DNA of 64,000 nucleotides from a bacterium (GTDB taxonomy: Bacteria > UBA8248 > JACPRG01 > G963555815), in the NCBI GenBank assembly GCA_965261595.1, contig CBDHDG010000005.1, positions 1 to 64,000 of the forward strand, in the 5' to 3' direction. The notes under the pieces were generated by a model, which saw only the letters and a list, made by a program, of their open reading frames with translations, had not been told where the DNA came from and searched no databases. Each line of letters opens with the position of its first letter. Position 1 is the first letter of the stretch. A program made the position numbers and the translations under genes. Of the stretch, positions 1 through 11,070 are shown piece by piece.

Positions 1-58
1 CCGCGAGGCCCACTGGGTGCGCGCGGTGCTGGAGCCGGCGCGCTGGAGGCTGCCGTGA
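1..58 (+). CDS. traV: 3' end of probable TraV lipoprotein
   Basis: Frame ...REAHWVRAVLEPARWRLP* overlaps the traC GTG start; position and W-containing C-terminus fit TraV. Confidence 0.5.
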   Translation, partial: REAHWVRAVLEPARWRLP

Positions 59-2595
59 TCGAGCGCCTCAAGGACCTGCTCAGGGGACCGGACGCGCTTC
101 AGCCCTGGATCCTTCCGGCCCTGCCGGCGCCCCTCGCCGGCCTCTTGCCCTGGCGGGCCTGGGACGAAGGGAGCGAGCTCTATATCAACGCCGCGAGCTG
201 CGGCTTCCTGCTGGAGCTGCCGCCCTTCGTGGGCATCGACGAGGAGACCCTGGGCGCGCTGGCCGGCACGCTCGCCGACGCCGCGCCCGAGCGCGCGGTG
301 GTGCAGATCATCCATTGGACGAGCCCGCGCTACGGGGCGGCGATCCGGAGCTGGGCCGAACCCCGGCGCCTGACGGGCGGGGTACAGGCGGGGATGGCGG
401 CGCGGCGCAGGGCCCTGTTTGCCCATGCCGGATGGCGCCCCCTCCATGCGAGCGGACCGCCGTTCACGCTGAACGACTGCCGGGTGTTCCTCGCGGCCTG
501 CCTGGCGGGCCCGGCCGGACCGGCGGCCGAGACCGCCCTCGGGGGGTTCCGGCGGGCCTTGGAAGGCACGCTCGCCTCGGCCGGCGCCGAGGCGCGGCGG
601 GTCGAGCCGGACGTTCTGCTGTCCCTCGCCGCGGAGATCACGGCCCCCGACCTGGCGGGAGAGCATGACGGCGGGCTCGACAGGCCGCAAAGGCGCTGGT
701 CGCCCAGAGACCCCATTCATCTTCAGTGCGCGGCGCCGGGCCGGGCCCTGACCGTTGCGCCCACGGGCCTGGTCTTCCTTCACCCGGACGGGACGGACGT
801 GGCGGTGCGCGTGCTCTCGGCCCGGGCCTTCCCCGACGTCTGGCCCGGCTGGCGCGGCAACGCGCTGATCGGAGACTTCCACCGGGACTTCCTGCAGCCG
901 GGCGCCCCGGTCCTGACCGCCCTCACCGTGACGATGGGCGACGCGGCCGCCGGCGAGCGCGCCTTCCTCAAGTCGGCCCGGGCCACGCAGCAGGGCGGGC
1001 ACGGGGATCGCGCGCTATTTGCCGGGCCTGCCCGAGAAGGCCCGGGACTGGCGCTTCGTCACCGAGCGGCTGAAGAACGGCGAGCGGCTGGTCAAGGCCT
1101 GCTACACGATCGCGGTCTACGCGCCCCTGGACGCCATCGACGAGGCCGAGCAGGCGGTGCGGGCCATCTATCACGGCCAGGGCTGGCGCCTGGGGCGCGG
1201 AGCGCTACGCCCACCTGCCGGCCTGGCTCGCCTGTCTGCCCATGGTTCCGGCGGGCGGGCTCGACGCCGACCTCGCCCGTATGGGCCGGATGAAGACCCT
1301 GCTCACCTCCTCGGCCGTCAATCTCGCGCCGGTGCACGGCGAGTGGCGCGGCCAGGGAGCGTCGCCCGACGCGCCGCCGGCCCTGCTCCTGATCGGAAGG
1401 CGGGGCCAGCCCGCGTGCTGGTCCCCCTTCGCCAACGAGGCCGGCAACTACAACGTGGCCGTGACCGGCAAGTCCGGGTCGGGCAAGTCGGTCCTGATGC
1501 AGGAGCTGGTCGCGGGCATCGCGGGCGCGGGCGGCGAGGCCGTGGTGATCGATGACGGGCGTTCCTTCCAGCACACGGCCGAGGCCCTCGGCGGCGTCTT
1601 CATCGCCTTCGGCAAGGACCCGGCGAGACTCAACCCCTTCGCCATGATCGACGCGGACGTGGCGGCCCGGGACGGGGACTACCGGGAGGAGTGCTTTGCC
1701 ATGCTGGCCGCCGTGGTCGGGCGCATGTGCCGAAGGCGCGGGCGCATCGACGACATCGAGGCGGCGCTCATCGACGAGGCCATCGCGCGCGCCTGGGAGG
1801 AGGCCGGCAACGGCGCCGACCTCGGGACCGTGCAGCGCCGGCTGGAGGCGGCGGGCGACCGGCGGGCATCGGACATGGCTCTCGCCCTCGGACCGTGGCG
1901 GCCGGGCGGCGCGCTCGGGCGGCTCTTCGAGGGATCGGAGACCCCGGCCCTGGACGCCGCGCTCACCGTGTTCGAGCTCGCCGAGCTCAAGGGCCGGGGC
2001 GACGTCCAGGGCGTGGTGCTGATGCTGGTGGTCTTCCTCGCCACCCAGCGCATGTATCACGGCCCCAGAACCCGGCCCAAGGCGATCGTCATCGACGAGG
2101 CCTGGGACCTCCTGTCGGGCGAGGACAGCCGGGCCTTCCTCGAGGGCGCGGCCAGGCGGGCGCGCAAGTACCGGGGCGCGCTCGTCACCGGCACCCAGAG
2201 CGTCAACGACTACTACGCCAACCCCGCGGCCCGGGCGGCCTGGGACAACGCCGACTGGACCATCTTCCTGGCCCAGAAGGACGAGTCCGTCGAGCCTCCT
2301 CAAACAGGAAAAGCGCATCCACTGCGATCCCGGCATGGAGCGGGCCCTCAAGAGCCTGGCCACCGTGGACGGGCGCCATGCCGAGCTGGTGCTGCACGGT
2401 CCGGACGGCTGGCGCGTGGCGCGGCTCGCCCTGGACCCCTGGTCGGTAGCTCTCTATTCATCGCGCGGGCCGGCCTTCGCCGCGGTCGAGCGGCTGAAGG
2501 CCGAAGGCCTCACCACCGAGCAGGCCATCGACCGCATCGCCGACGGCGACGGTCCGGAGGCCACGACAGCCGGCCCTGCGGGCAGCGCGCCGTGA
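55..2595 (+). CDS. traC: F-type T4SS VirB4-like ATPase TraC, split by ~3 frameshifts (~1000, ~1200, ~2295)
   Basis: Walker A GKSGSGKS, IVIDEAW and RRARKY motifs spread over consecutive ORFs 55-1293, 1019-, 1242-2612, 2335-2595. Confidence 0.9.
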
Positions 2596-2628
2596 CGGCC
2601 TCCATAGCTTAAACAGAAGGAGACGCAC

Positions 2629-3364
2629 ATGAGCAAGGACAGGAACAGGCGGGCGCCATCGAGTGCTGCGACACGGGCGGAGAAGCCCCGATCCGGGGAT
2701 CGGCCCCTCGCCTGGCCGGAAGATCCGGAGGGGCTGACCCCGGACGCCGTCGACTTCGAGGCCCTGGCCCACGTGCTGGCCAACACCTGCCGCAGGGGCG
2801 GCCGGCTCAGGCGGTTCCACTCGCTGGCGGCCCACGCGGTGCTGATGAGCGAGGAGATCGAGGCCTTTGAAGGATCCGGGGACCGCCGGGAGGCGGCCCT
2901 CTACGCCCTTCTGGCGGACGCGAGCGTCGCGTGGCTGGGAACAAAGGCCGCTTCCTCCCAGCGCGGGGCGGAGCGGCTGAAGCGGCTCGGCGGGACCATC
3001 GACCGGGCCGTGCGCGAGTCGGCCGGGCTCGATGCGGAGCCCTCCCCGGAGCAGGCGGAACTGCTGCGTTTCGTGGCCCGCATGGCCGAGGCCCGCGGAG
3101 GACCGGGACCTGCCGGGCGCGCGCGACGGCGCGGCTTCCGCGGTCGCCTTCCCGCCCCTTAAGCGCCGCATCCGGACCGTGGTTCCCGATCGGGCGGCCA
3201 GGCTCTGGCTGGACCGCTTCCGGGCCCTGAAAGGGCAGGAGGGCGCGGGACGGGGCCCCATCGCGTCCGCCCAGAGGGAGTCCCGTGGCACGCACGACCC
3301 CACCCCACCGGAGGAGCTTCATGTCACGCGCGAACAGACGGCGCCGGAACGGGCTGCGTCATGA
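2629..3364 (+). CDS. HD/YfbR-like phosphohydrolase-fold protein, frameshift near 3090
   Basis: ALAHVLANTCR...FHSLAAHAVLMS...ALLADASVAWLG resembles the YfbR family, but the HD dyad reads AD; RBS AGGAG. Confidence 0.6.
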
Positions 3365-3741
3365 GCGGGCCCACGGCGTTGGCCGCCGCGCTTGTGCTGA
3401 GTGCCGGGGTGGCCGCGGCGGTCTCGGCCGTCACGGCGCGCATGGCCCTGGAGAGGGTCCCGCGCATCGCGAGCGTGCGGCTTGCCGAGCTCACGGCAGA
3501 CTACATGGCCAAGGCCGCCCGGGAGCACGGCGACCAAGAGGAGGCCGTAAAAGCCGTGCGCGGCTGGGCGCGCCGGTTGGAGGAGGCGCTCGTCCGGACG
3601 GCAGCCCGCCACCGCGCGGTGCTGCTGCCCGCAAGGGCGGTCGCCGCCGGCGCGCCGGACCTCACCGCCGAGATAAAGGCGGCGATCCAGACGGCCCTGT
3701 CCAAAACCCATCCCCCGACGAACACGGAGGACGAACGATGA
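3361..3741 (+). CDS. trbI: TrbI F-type conjugal transfer protein
   Basis: N-terminal TM segment, C-terminal AVAAGAPDLT motif, synteny. Confidence 0.8.
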   Translation: MSGPTALAAALVLSAGVAAAVSAVTARMALERVPRIASVRLAELTADYMAKAAREHGDQEEAVKAVRGWARRLEEALVRTAARHRAVLLPARAVAAGAPDLTAEIKAAIQTALSKTHPPTNTEDER

Positions 3742-4315
3742 GAGAGACCCTGCACGCCTTGCCGCGTGCGCCCGGACGGCGTGCGCCTGAACGAACCGGA
3801 CGGGGCCGCAAGATCCTGCTCTGGATGGCCATGCTGGCCGCCCTGTGGCTCGTCGCGGTCTCGCGCGTCTACGTCAACGCGAGCTGGTCCGACGGAGCCT
3901 GGGGGTATTTCGTGCTGCCCCTCGTGGGAGAGTTCCAACGGGGCGACGCGGTCCTGTTCGACCCACCCGAGGAGGCCGGCTCGGGGGATCCCCTACCTCA
4001 AGACCGTGCGCGGCCTGCCCAGAGACCGGGTGGAGGTGGACAGGGAGCGCCGGGTCTCGGTGAACGGCGCGGTCCTCGGCGTTGCCAAGACGCATGCGCT
4101 TGATGGGCGCAGGCTCGAGGCGATCGGGCCGGGCGTGATCCCGCCGGGCCGCTACTACGTCCACGCCGATCACGTGGACAGCCACGACAGCCGCTATTCG
4201 GAGATCGGGCTCATCCCGCAAGAACGCATCCGGGGCCGGGCCTGGGCCCTGCCCGACGTCCCCTGGCTCGGGCTCAAGGGACCGCTCGCCAAAACCCGAG
4301 GAGGCGCGGCCATGA
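3738..4315 (+). CDS. S26 conjugative signal peptidase (TrhF/TraF-like), frameshifted near 3990
   Basis: NASWS, YLKTVRGLPRD and DSHDSRY motifs. Confidence 0.75.
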
Positions 4316-4983
4316 CGCGGCGTGTTCTCCTGTCCCGTCTTCGGCTCATCGCGATTGCCTGCGTGCTGATGCTCGCGGCGCGGCCCGTACCCGCGAAGGA
4401 CCTTGGCGTGCGCGGCGCGGTGTGGCCCATCGCCGAGCCCGACCTGCTCGAACGGATCGAGGCCCGGCTTGAAGCGCTGGAGTCCTCGGGCGACCTCACC
4501 CGCATGCGCCGGGAGGCCCTGGACCGGGGCCGGGAGCGCATCGAGGCGCCCGGGCGCGTCGAGGGCATCGGGCCCGCGCGCGTCCGTCGCACCCGGCTGT
4601 TCGATCCTTCGATCACGGTCGAGCAAGACGTCCGGGCGCACGATGGGACCCTGATTGCGGCCCGGGGCGCTCGGATCAACCCCCTCGAGGTGTACCCGCT
4701 GACCCGGGATCTGCTGTTCATCGACGGCGCGCGGCCGGCCGAGGTCACCTGGGCCCTCGGCCACGAACGGCCCGCGAAGATCGTGCTCCTGGCGGGCCGC
4801 CCGCTGGACCTGATGCGGCCCCACGAACGGCCGTTCTTCTTCGACCAGAACGGCCGGCTTGCGAAACGTTTCGGGCTCCGCGCCACCCCGTCCCTGGTCG
4901 CGGCCGAGGGATCCATGCTCAGGATCACGGAAGTGCCGCTCGACGACGAAGCCAATCCCGCGACCATCGGAGGGCGGCCATGA
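4312..4983 (+). CDS. traW: TraW pilus assembly protein
   Basis: DLGVRGAVWPIAEPD, FDPSITV, FFFDQNG motifs. Confidence 0.9.
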   Translation: MTRRVLLSRLRLIAIACVLMLAARPVPAKDLGVRGAVWPIAEPDLLERIEARLEALESSGDLTRMRREALDRGRERIEAPGRVEGIGPARVRRTRLFDPSITVEQDVRAHDGTLIAARGARINPLEVYPLTRDLLFIDGARPAEVTWALGHERPAKIVLLAGRPLDLMRPHERPFFFDQNGRLAKRFGLRATPSLVAAEGSMLRITEVPLDDEANPATIGGRP

Positions 4984-5981
4984 GATCCCTGAAGACCGTC
5001 TGCACGGCGCTGGTCCTTGCCGGAGCCCTGTCCACGGGGACCGCTTCCGCCCAGTCCTGCACCGGGCGTTTCGTGAACCCCGTCACGGACGTGTGCTGGG
5101 AGTGTCTTTTGCCGATCTCGATCGGGCCGATCCGCATGGGCAGCGCCACGGGCGCGCCGGACACGCCCAATCCGGGATCGCCGATCTGCCTCTGCGGCAA
5201 GCCGATCCCCCGGATCGGACTCTCCCTGGGCTTGTGGGAGCCGGCGCGGCTGATCGACGTCAGCCGCGCGCCCTGGTGCTTCCCCAATCTCGGGGGCATG
5301 ACCATCGACCCGGGCCTGCCCGCGGGGCGCGGACGTACTGGCTCCTCGGGCGGCGACGGCGCCTCGGGCTCTGTGTGGCACGTCCATGACTACGTCTATC
5401 CGCTCCTGTCCTGGATCGGGGCCCTGCTCGACATCGGCTGCCTTGAAAGCGGGGGGCTCGACATCGCCTGGGTCTCCGAGCTCGACCCGGCCTGGCTCGA
5501 CGACGAGCTGTCCTTCCTGTTGAACCCGGAAGCCGCGCTGTTCGCGGACCTGCCGGCCCAGGCGGCCTGCGCCGCCGATTGCGCCGCCGCCTCGGCTGGC
5601 CTGCCGCTCGACCCCCTGTTCTGGTGCGCGGGCTGCCAGGGCGGGATGTATCCCCTGACCGGCAACGTGGCCGCCCACGTGGGCGGGGTCCAGGCCTCGC
5701 TCCTCGTGGCCCAGCGGCTCGTGTTCCGTCTTCACCGGCTGCTGCTCGCCTGGGGCACGTCGGGGCCGGCGGCGCTCTGCGGGCGCTATCCCATGCCCAT
5801 CATGAAGAAGTCCCAGTACCGCTGGCAGATGACCCAGCCGGTCCCGGCCACGTCGCCCCTCACCGGCTGCAACCCCACGGGCCGGTCCTCGGTGATCTGG
5901 GAAGCGCTGCGCGAGCTGCCGGTGGCGGGCGAGAACTTCGGCTATCTGCTCTGGCGCAAGCGCAACTGCTGTCTGCTCTGA
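4980..5981 (+). CDS. traU: TraU
   Basis: Cys-rich; NPVTDVCWECLLP and WRKRNCC motifs. Confidence 0.95.
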   Translation: MRSLKTVCTALVLAGALSTGTASAQSCTGRFVNPVTDVCWECLLPISIGPIRMGSATGAPDTPNPGSPICLCGKPIPRIGLSLGLWEPARLIDVSRAPWCFPNLGGMTIDPGLPAGRGRTGSSGGDGASGSVWHVHDYVYPLLSWIGALLDIGCLESGGLDIAWVSELDPAWLDDELSFLLNPEAALFADLPAQAACAADCAAASAGLPLDPLFWCAGCQGGMYPLTGNVAAHVGGVQASLLVAQRLVFRLHRLLLAWGTSGPAALCGRYPMPIMKKSQYRWQMTQPVPATSPLTGCNPTGRSSVIWEALRELPVAGENFGYLLWRKRNCCLL

Positions 5982-5991
5982 GGAGGCTGAC

Positions 5992-6705
5992 ATGAACGAT
6001 AACCCGATTCGTAAGACCATCCCGGCTCTCGCCTGCGCGCTCGTGATGGCGGCCTGGTGCGGCCCGGCCCGGGCCCAGGGAAAAGCCAAGGACTTGGCGC
6101 GCGATACTGTCGATCAGGTCCTGCGGCAACCGGCAAAAGTCCGTGACGGGGACCTGGACGCCTGGTCGCGCTCGGTGATCGAGCGCGCGCTGGAACGCGC
6201 GGGCAAAAACGCCCCCGGGGCCTCCGGCCCCCTCCCGGCCGAACGTCATGCCGGCCGCGTTGCCCGCGGCCTTTCCGAGCGTCCCCATGGCCCCGAGGTC
6301 ATCGTCTTCATGAGCCTCTCGGCGCCCGCGGCGAGCTGGCGGCAGTGGAGCCGCGAGGCGGCGCGGATCGGCGCGCCGCTGGTGCTGCGCGGGCTCGGCC
6401 CGGACGGGTTGCAGGCCACGGTGAAACGCATCGGCCCGTACCTGGGCCGCAAGTCCGGCGCAACAATCGATCCGCGTCTGTTCCGGATCTTCGGCATCGA
6501 GGCGATCCCGGCCGTCGCGGTGGTCCCGGGCGGGGTCCCGCCCTGCACTAGCCGGGGTTGCGCCGCGGATCCCGCGCCGCCCCACGACCGCATCGCGGGG
6601 AACATCGGCCTGGAAGCGGCGCTCGAGGCCATCGCCGCCGAGGGAGGGCCGGGCCGCGCGGCCGCGCGCCGCCATCTCGCAAGCCTGAGAGGAAACTTGC
6701 CATGA
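5992..6705 (+). CDS. trbC: TrbC pilus assembly protein
   Basis: VFMSLS, LVLRGL, IDPRLF motifs. Confidence 0.85.
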   Translation: MNDNPIRKTIPALACALVMAAWCGPARAQGKAKDLARDTVDQVLRQPAKVRDGDLDAWSRSVIERALERAGKNAPGASGPLPAERHAGRVARGLSERPHGPEVIVFMSLSAPAASWRQWSREAARIGAPLVLRGLGPDGLQATVKRIGPYLGRKSGATIDPRLFRIFGIEAIPAVAVVPGGVPPCTSRGCAADPAPPHDRIAGNIGLEAALEAIAAEGGPGRAAARRHLASLRGNLP

Positions 6706-7901
6706 ACCGCAAGGACGACACGAACGAAAATCCGGAACCCGGTTCCGATCGCAGCTTCGAAGCCCTCATGGAGGCGAAGCGGCCAAGGCTTCAGATGGCG
6801 CGAATCGAGGCCTGGGGACGCTTCCCTTGCTGGACGATGGCCGCGAAGGCCTTCGTCCTGGCCCTGGTGGTCCTGACGCACCTCGTCAACGGCCCCGCCC
6901 GGGCCGAAGACCCGGCAGCGGCGGCCCGCGCGATCGGCCAGGCGGGACAAGCCGCGGCGGGCGCCATCGCGAAGGATGCGGATTCCGCCGCCCATGTGCC
7001 GGGCTACGGTGGAACGAGCCTGCCAGAGAGGGGCCTGGGCGCGGGCGAACTAAGAAACGCCGCGAACCGGGTGATAAACGATCCCGCCGATCCCGGGGGC
7101 CAAGCCGGCCGCGCGGTGATCGAGGGTACGGTCAAGCGCCCGGACGCCCCGGTCAAGGCGGACGATCCGATGGTGAGGCGCGGGGACGGGATCCAAGGCG
7201 ACGCCCATTCCCCCCTCTGGGGCGCGGACGGGATCGCCTCCGGATCGGTGAACGACTGCAAGGCGGGACTCGAGCGCGCCGGGGCCGGCGGCCATTGCGG
7301 CTCGGTCTCCTGGTGCGTGGGCGCCGAGTGCGGAACCGCGGCGTCCCGGGCCAACACCGGGTTCGTCGATTCGGCGGCCCGGCTCAACATGGCCATCGAG
7401 CTGGGCGGAGAGGAATTCGACCGCCAGACCCTCCGGTTCTTCAGGGGCGATCGCCAGTCCTGCCGGATCCAGTGGGGAGGCCTCGCCGATTGCTGCAAGA
7501 ACTCGGGCGCGCTCGTGGGCGTGGCCGGCTGCACCAAGGAGGAACGCCTCCTGGCCGAGGAGCGCCATGCCGGGAACACGCATTACCTGGGCAAGGGATG
7601 CGCGAAGCGGATCTTCGGCGTGTGCATCCGCTGGAAACGTTCCTGGTGCGTGTTCGGCTCCAAGCTCGGGCGCATCCTGCAGGAAGCGACACGCGGCCAG
7701 CTCGGGATCGGCTGGGGCAGCTGCCGCGGCTTCACGGTCGATGAGATGGAACGCATCGACTTCGAGGCCGTGGACCTCTCCGAGTTCACCGAGAATCTGA
7801 CCGACGGGTCGTATGAGCCCTCGATCGAGCTTCCGGAAGCCGGCCGAACCGGCGCGGTGATGCGTGAGCGCATCCACGGCTTCTACACCAAAAGCAAGTG
7901 A
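6702..7901 (+). CDS. traN: TraN mating-pair stabilisation protein (short form)
   Basis: C-terminal CCK...CVFGSKLGRILQE...CRGFT..E...IDF...DLSEF TraN motif. Confidence 0.85.
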   Translation: MNRKDDTNENPEPGSDRSFEALMEAKRPRLQMARIEAWGRFPCWTMAAKAFVLALVVLTHLVNGPARAEDPAAAARAIGQAGQAAAGAIAKDADSAAHVPGYGGTSLPERGLGAGELRNAANRVINDPADPGGQAGRAVIEGTVKRPDAPVKADDPMVRRGDGIQGDAHSPLWGADGIASGSVNDCKAGLERAGAGGHCGSVSWCVGAECGTAASRANTGFVDSAARLNMAIELGGEEFDRQTLRFFRGDRQSCRIQWGGLADCCKNSGALVGVAGCTKEERLLAEERHAGNTHYLGKGCAKRIFGVCIRWKRSWCVFGSKLGRILQEATRGQLGIGWGSCRGFTVDEMERIDFEAVDLSEFTENLTDGSYEPSIELPEAGRTGAVMRERIHGFYTKSK

Positions 7902-8746
7902 AGGGGGCAGCCATGACCATCCCGTACGCCCTCGCACTCGCCTGCCTCCTCGCCGTCCTCGCGGCGCTGCCCGCGGATGCGCGGGAATGGCGGCCTTGGT
8001 GCGGTCCCCGATCGGGCCCAAATCGGGAGACTGAGCCCTCGCTCGGCTGGCACTTCTATTGCGACCGGAACGAGGAAGACGCGGAAGAGGACGCGCCGGC
8101 GGCGCAAACGCCTCCCGCAAGACCCTCTTCGCGGCCCGAGACCGCAATGGAGCGCCTCCTGGGGATGCGCCGGGCCCTGGAGGAAGCCCGGGCCAGGGCG
8201 ATCCTGGACCCGAGCCCGGAGAACGTCACGGCCTACCTGCGCCTCCAGCAGGAGACCCTGCAAAAAGCCGCCTCCTTCTCGGACGCCTTCCGCCGCACGG
8301 TCTGGGCGAGCCCGGATCTCGATTACACGCTGAAGCGTCCGGTGGGCGCCCTGGCCAAGCAGGTCTGGTCGGAGCAGCGCCGGGCCGAGCGCGACGCCGT
8401 CCTGGCCCGGCTCGGCGAGCGTTACGGCCTCATCTATCTCGGCCATGCGCGATGCCCGGGATGCCGCGTGTTCGGCCCCCTTCTGCGCGCCTTCGCGCTG
8501 CGCCACGGCCTCGACGTGCTCGCGGTCTCGATGACGGGCGAGCCCCTCGATGGGTGGCCCGAGGCGGTCCCCGACCAGGGCCGCGCCGCGCGTCTCGGCC
8601 TCGAGGCCCCGGTGTTCCCCGCCCTTGTCCTCTACGACACGCGAACCAGGCGGGCGCTTCCGGTTTCCTTCGGCGTGGTCGCCAAGGACCAGCTCGCCGA
8701 GCGCATCTTCACCCTCACCGCACGGGAGATCGGACATGACTATTAA
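7898..8746 (+). CDS. traF: TraF thioredoxin-like protein
   Basis: GWHFYC and CPGC motifs, synteny. Confidence 0.9.
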   Translation: MKGAAMTIPYALALACLLAVLAALPADAREWRPWCGPRSGPNRETEPSLGWHFYCDRNEEDAEEDAPAAQTPPARPSSRPETAMERLLGMRRALEEARARAILDPSPENVTAYLRLQQETLQKAASFSDAFRRTVWASPDLDYTLKRPVGALAKQVWSEQRRAERDAVLARLGERYGLIYLGHARCPGCRVFGPLLRAFALRHGLDVLAVSMTGEPLDGWPEAVPDQGRAARLGLEAPVFPALVLYDTRTRRALPVSFGVVAKDQLAERIFTLTAREIGHDY

Positions 8747-10175
8747 GCAAAGGATTGCGGGCATGACCATGGCTGCCCGCGAATTCGTGCTCGTGTGGGC
8801 CATCTCGCTCTGCCTCGCCCCGCCCGCGGGCGCGGACGTGCTCTCGGAGATGGAGAGCTTCTGGAGGGGCGCGGCGGTGAACACCACCGGGCCGACCGCC
8901 TTCGACGGCCAGGCCTCGGGCCACTGGACCCTGGGCAACCTCTACCTGCGCGCCCCCGTGCGCTCCGAGCCCATCGCCACGGTGAGCCTGCCCTCCTTCC
9001 GGGCCGGCTGCGGCGGCATCGACACGTTCGCCGGCGCCTTCTCCTTCATCAATTCCGACCAGCTGATCGCCTTTGGCCGCGCCGTGGCCCAGAACGCCGC
9101 GGGCTTCGCCTTCGAGCTGGCGCTCGAGACCATCTCGCCGGTGATCGCCGAGACCCTGTCCAAGCTCCGGGCCCTGGCCCAGTGGGTGAACAGCCAGAAC
9201 CTCAACTCCTGCGAGACCGCCCAGGCCCTGGTCGGGGCGGTCTGGTCCAAAAACGACCGGGCGAGCGCGGCGATCTGTGCGGCCATCGGCACGCGACAGG
9301 GGATCTTCTCCGACTACGCCGCCGCCCGCCACGGCTGCGGCGCGGACGGCAAGCGCCACTCGACCCTGGCCGCCGCCTCGGGACCGCTCAAGGACCAGGC
9401 CCCGGTCAACGTCAACTACGCCTGGCGCGCGGTGAGGGCGTCGGGCTTCCTGGCGTCCGACCGGGATCTCGGCGAGTTCGCCATGTCGATCTCGGGCACC
9501 GCGATCGTCACCGCCCCGGTCTCCGACGGCGACACCTCCGGCCCCAGGATACGCATCCTGGAGCCGCTGGCCCTTGACCGCCGGGTGACCGAGATCCTGA
9601 TGGAGGGGGGAGGCGACCTCCCGGTCTATCGCTGCGACACCTCCGTCGACTGTCTCAACCCCGTCCTCGGACGGCTCACCGTGCCGGCGGCGCGGGGTTT
9701 CCGGGACCGGGTGGCCGGCCTGCTCCGCCGGCTGGTCGAGGCGGTGCGCGCCGACACGGCGCCCCCGGCCGACGCGCTGGGGCTCGTCAATCTCACCACC
9801 CTGCCGGTCTACCGGGTGATCAACACGGCCGCCGCCTACCGCGGGGCGGTGGTGGACCAGGAGGTGGACGCGCTGGCCGAGGCGGTGGCCCTCGACGTGC
9901 TCCAGGTCTGGATCTCGGACCTCCACCGGACGGTCGAGGAACGCGCCGGCACCCTGGACATCGCCGACGGCGACCAGTTGGAGCGCTGGCGCGAGGGGCT
10001 GCGCCGGAACCGGGCCGCCCTCGCCAAACACCGCCACGAGGGGCTGGAGCGGTTCAACACCGCCCTCGCCGTCGTGGAGAAGCTCAGGCTGATCGAGACC
10101 GAGCTCGCGGGCGCGCTCTCGGCCGATCTCAGGGCGGCGCTCGCCTTCTCCCGGGGCGGCGCAGGAGCCCGGTAG
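8736..10175 (+). CDS. traH: TraH pilus assembly protein
   Basis: PSFRAGCGGIDTFAGAFSFIN motif. Confidence 0.95.
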   Translation: MTIKQRIAGMTMAAREFVLVWAISLCLAPPAGADVLSEMESFWRGAAVNTTGPTAFDGQASGHWTLGNLYLRAPVRSEPIATVSLPSFRAGCGGIDTFAGAFSFINSDQLIAFGRAVAQNAAGFAFELALETISPVIAETLSKLRALAQWVNSQNLNSCETAQALVGAVWSKNDRASAAICAAIGTRQGIFSDYAAARHGCGADGKRHSTLAAASGPLKDQAPVNVNYAWRAVRASGFLASDRDLGEFAMSISGTAIVTAPVSDGDTSGPRIRILEPLALDRRVTEILMEGGGDLPVYRCDTSVDCLNPVLGRLTVPAARGFRDRVAGLLRRLVEAVRADTAPPADALGLVNLTTLPVYRVINTAAAYRGAVVDQEVDALAEAVALDVLQVWISDLHRTVEERAGTLDIADGDQLERWREGLRRNRAALAKHRHEGLERFNTALAVVEKLRLIETELAGALSADLRAALAFSRGGAGAR

Positions 10176-11070
10176 GGGCAACGACCATGTACGAGCTCTT
10201 CACCCTGGGCGGCGGGACCTATCTGGTCGACCTGCTGAACGCGGTCGCCGCGATCACCGGCGGCGGGGCCTTCGTGACCCTGGCCCGGATCGCGGGCGTG
10301 GCCGGGCTCGCCTGGGTCCTGTTCCGCACCGCCTTCGGCGGCTCGTGGAAGGACAACGCCAAGTGGATCCTCCTCTTCATCGCCGTCTGGGGCGCGATGG
10401 TGGTCCCCAAGGCGACCGTGCGGGTCGTGGACCGGCTCGACCCGGCGCTGGCGCCCGCGGTCGTGGCGGGCGTCCCGCTCGGCCTGGCCCTCTTCGCCTC
10501 CCTGACGAGCCAGGTGGGCGACGGGTTGACGCGGCTCACCGAGCAGGCCTTCTCCCTTCCGGACGACCTGACCTACCGCCGCCACGGCCTGATCTTCGGC
10601 GCGAGGCTCGCGGCCGCCGCGACCCGCATGGAGGTGACCGACACGGTGTTCGCGCGGAACCTCCGGGCCTACGCAAGGCAATGCGTGTTCCACGCCCTGC
10701 TCCTGGGCCACGTCTCGGCCGACGATCTGCGCGAGAGCACCGATATCTGGCGGCTCGTCACATCCACTGGATCGCCTTCCGCCGGGGCCTCGCCCGCGCG
10801 CATGGTGGAGTACGCGACCCGGGGGACGCCGTCCGGCACCGGCGCCACGCCAATCGATCCGGAATTATGCCCTTGACAAAGTAGGCCACAAGGTCTATAT
10901 TCTAGGGTATGGCTGATTCATCGTTCACTTCAGCGTCTTTCGACCTTTCGCCCACAATCTTGTCTACTTCCTTCATAACCCGTTTTCCGAATATCTTCTC
11001 CATAAAATCATGGCCCGAAAGTTCGAGGTCTTCCTTTTTCAGTTCGTCTTTCTCTTTGGGGGATTGACCC

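Noticed and set aside
55..4315. Frameshifts in traC, HD and S26 genes as programmed recoding or true pseudogenisation
   Set aside because: Single-base indels occur throughout the window, often in homopolymers; sequencing error is at least as likely and reads are needed.
3766..4983. Apparent S26 peptidase-TraW fusion
   Set aside because: GGAGG RBS and an ATGA at 4312 point to two coupled genes joined by an indel.
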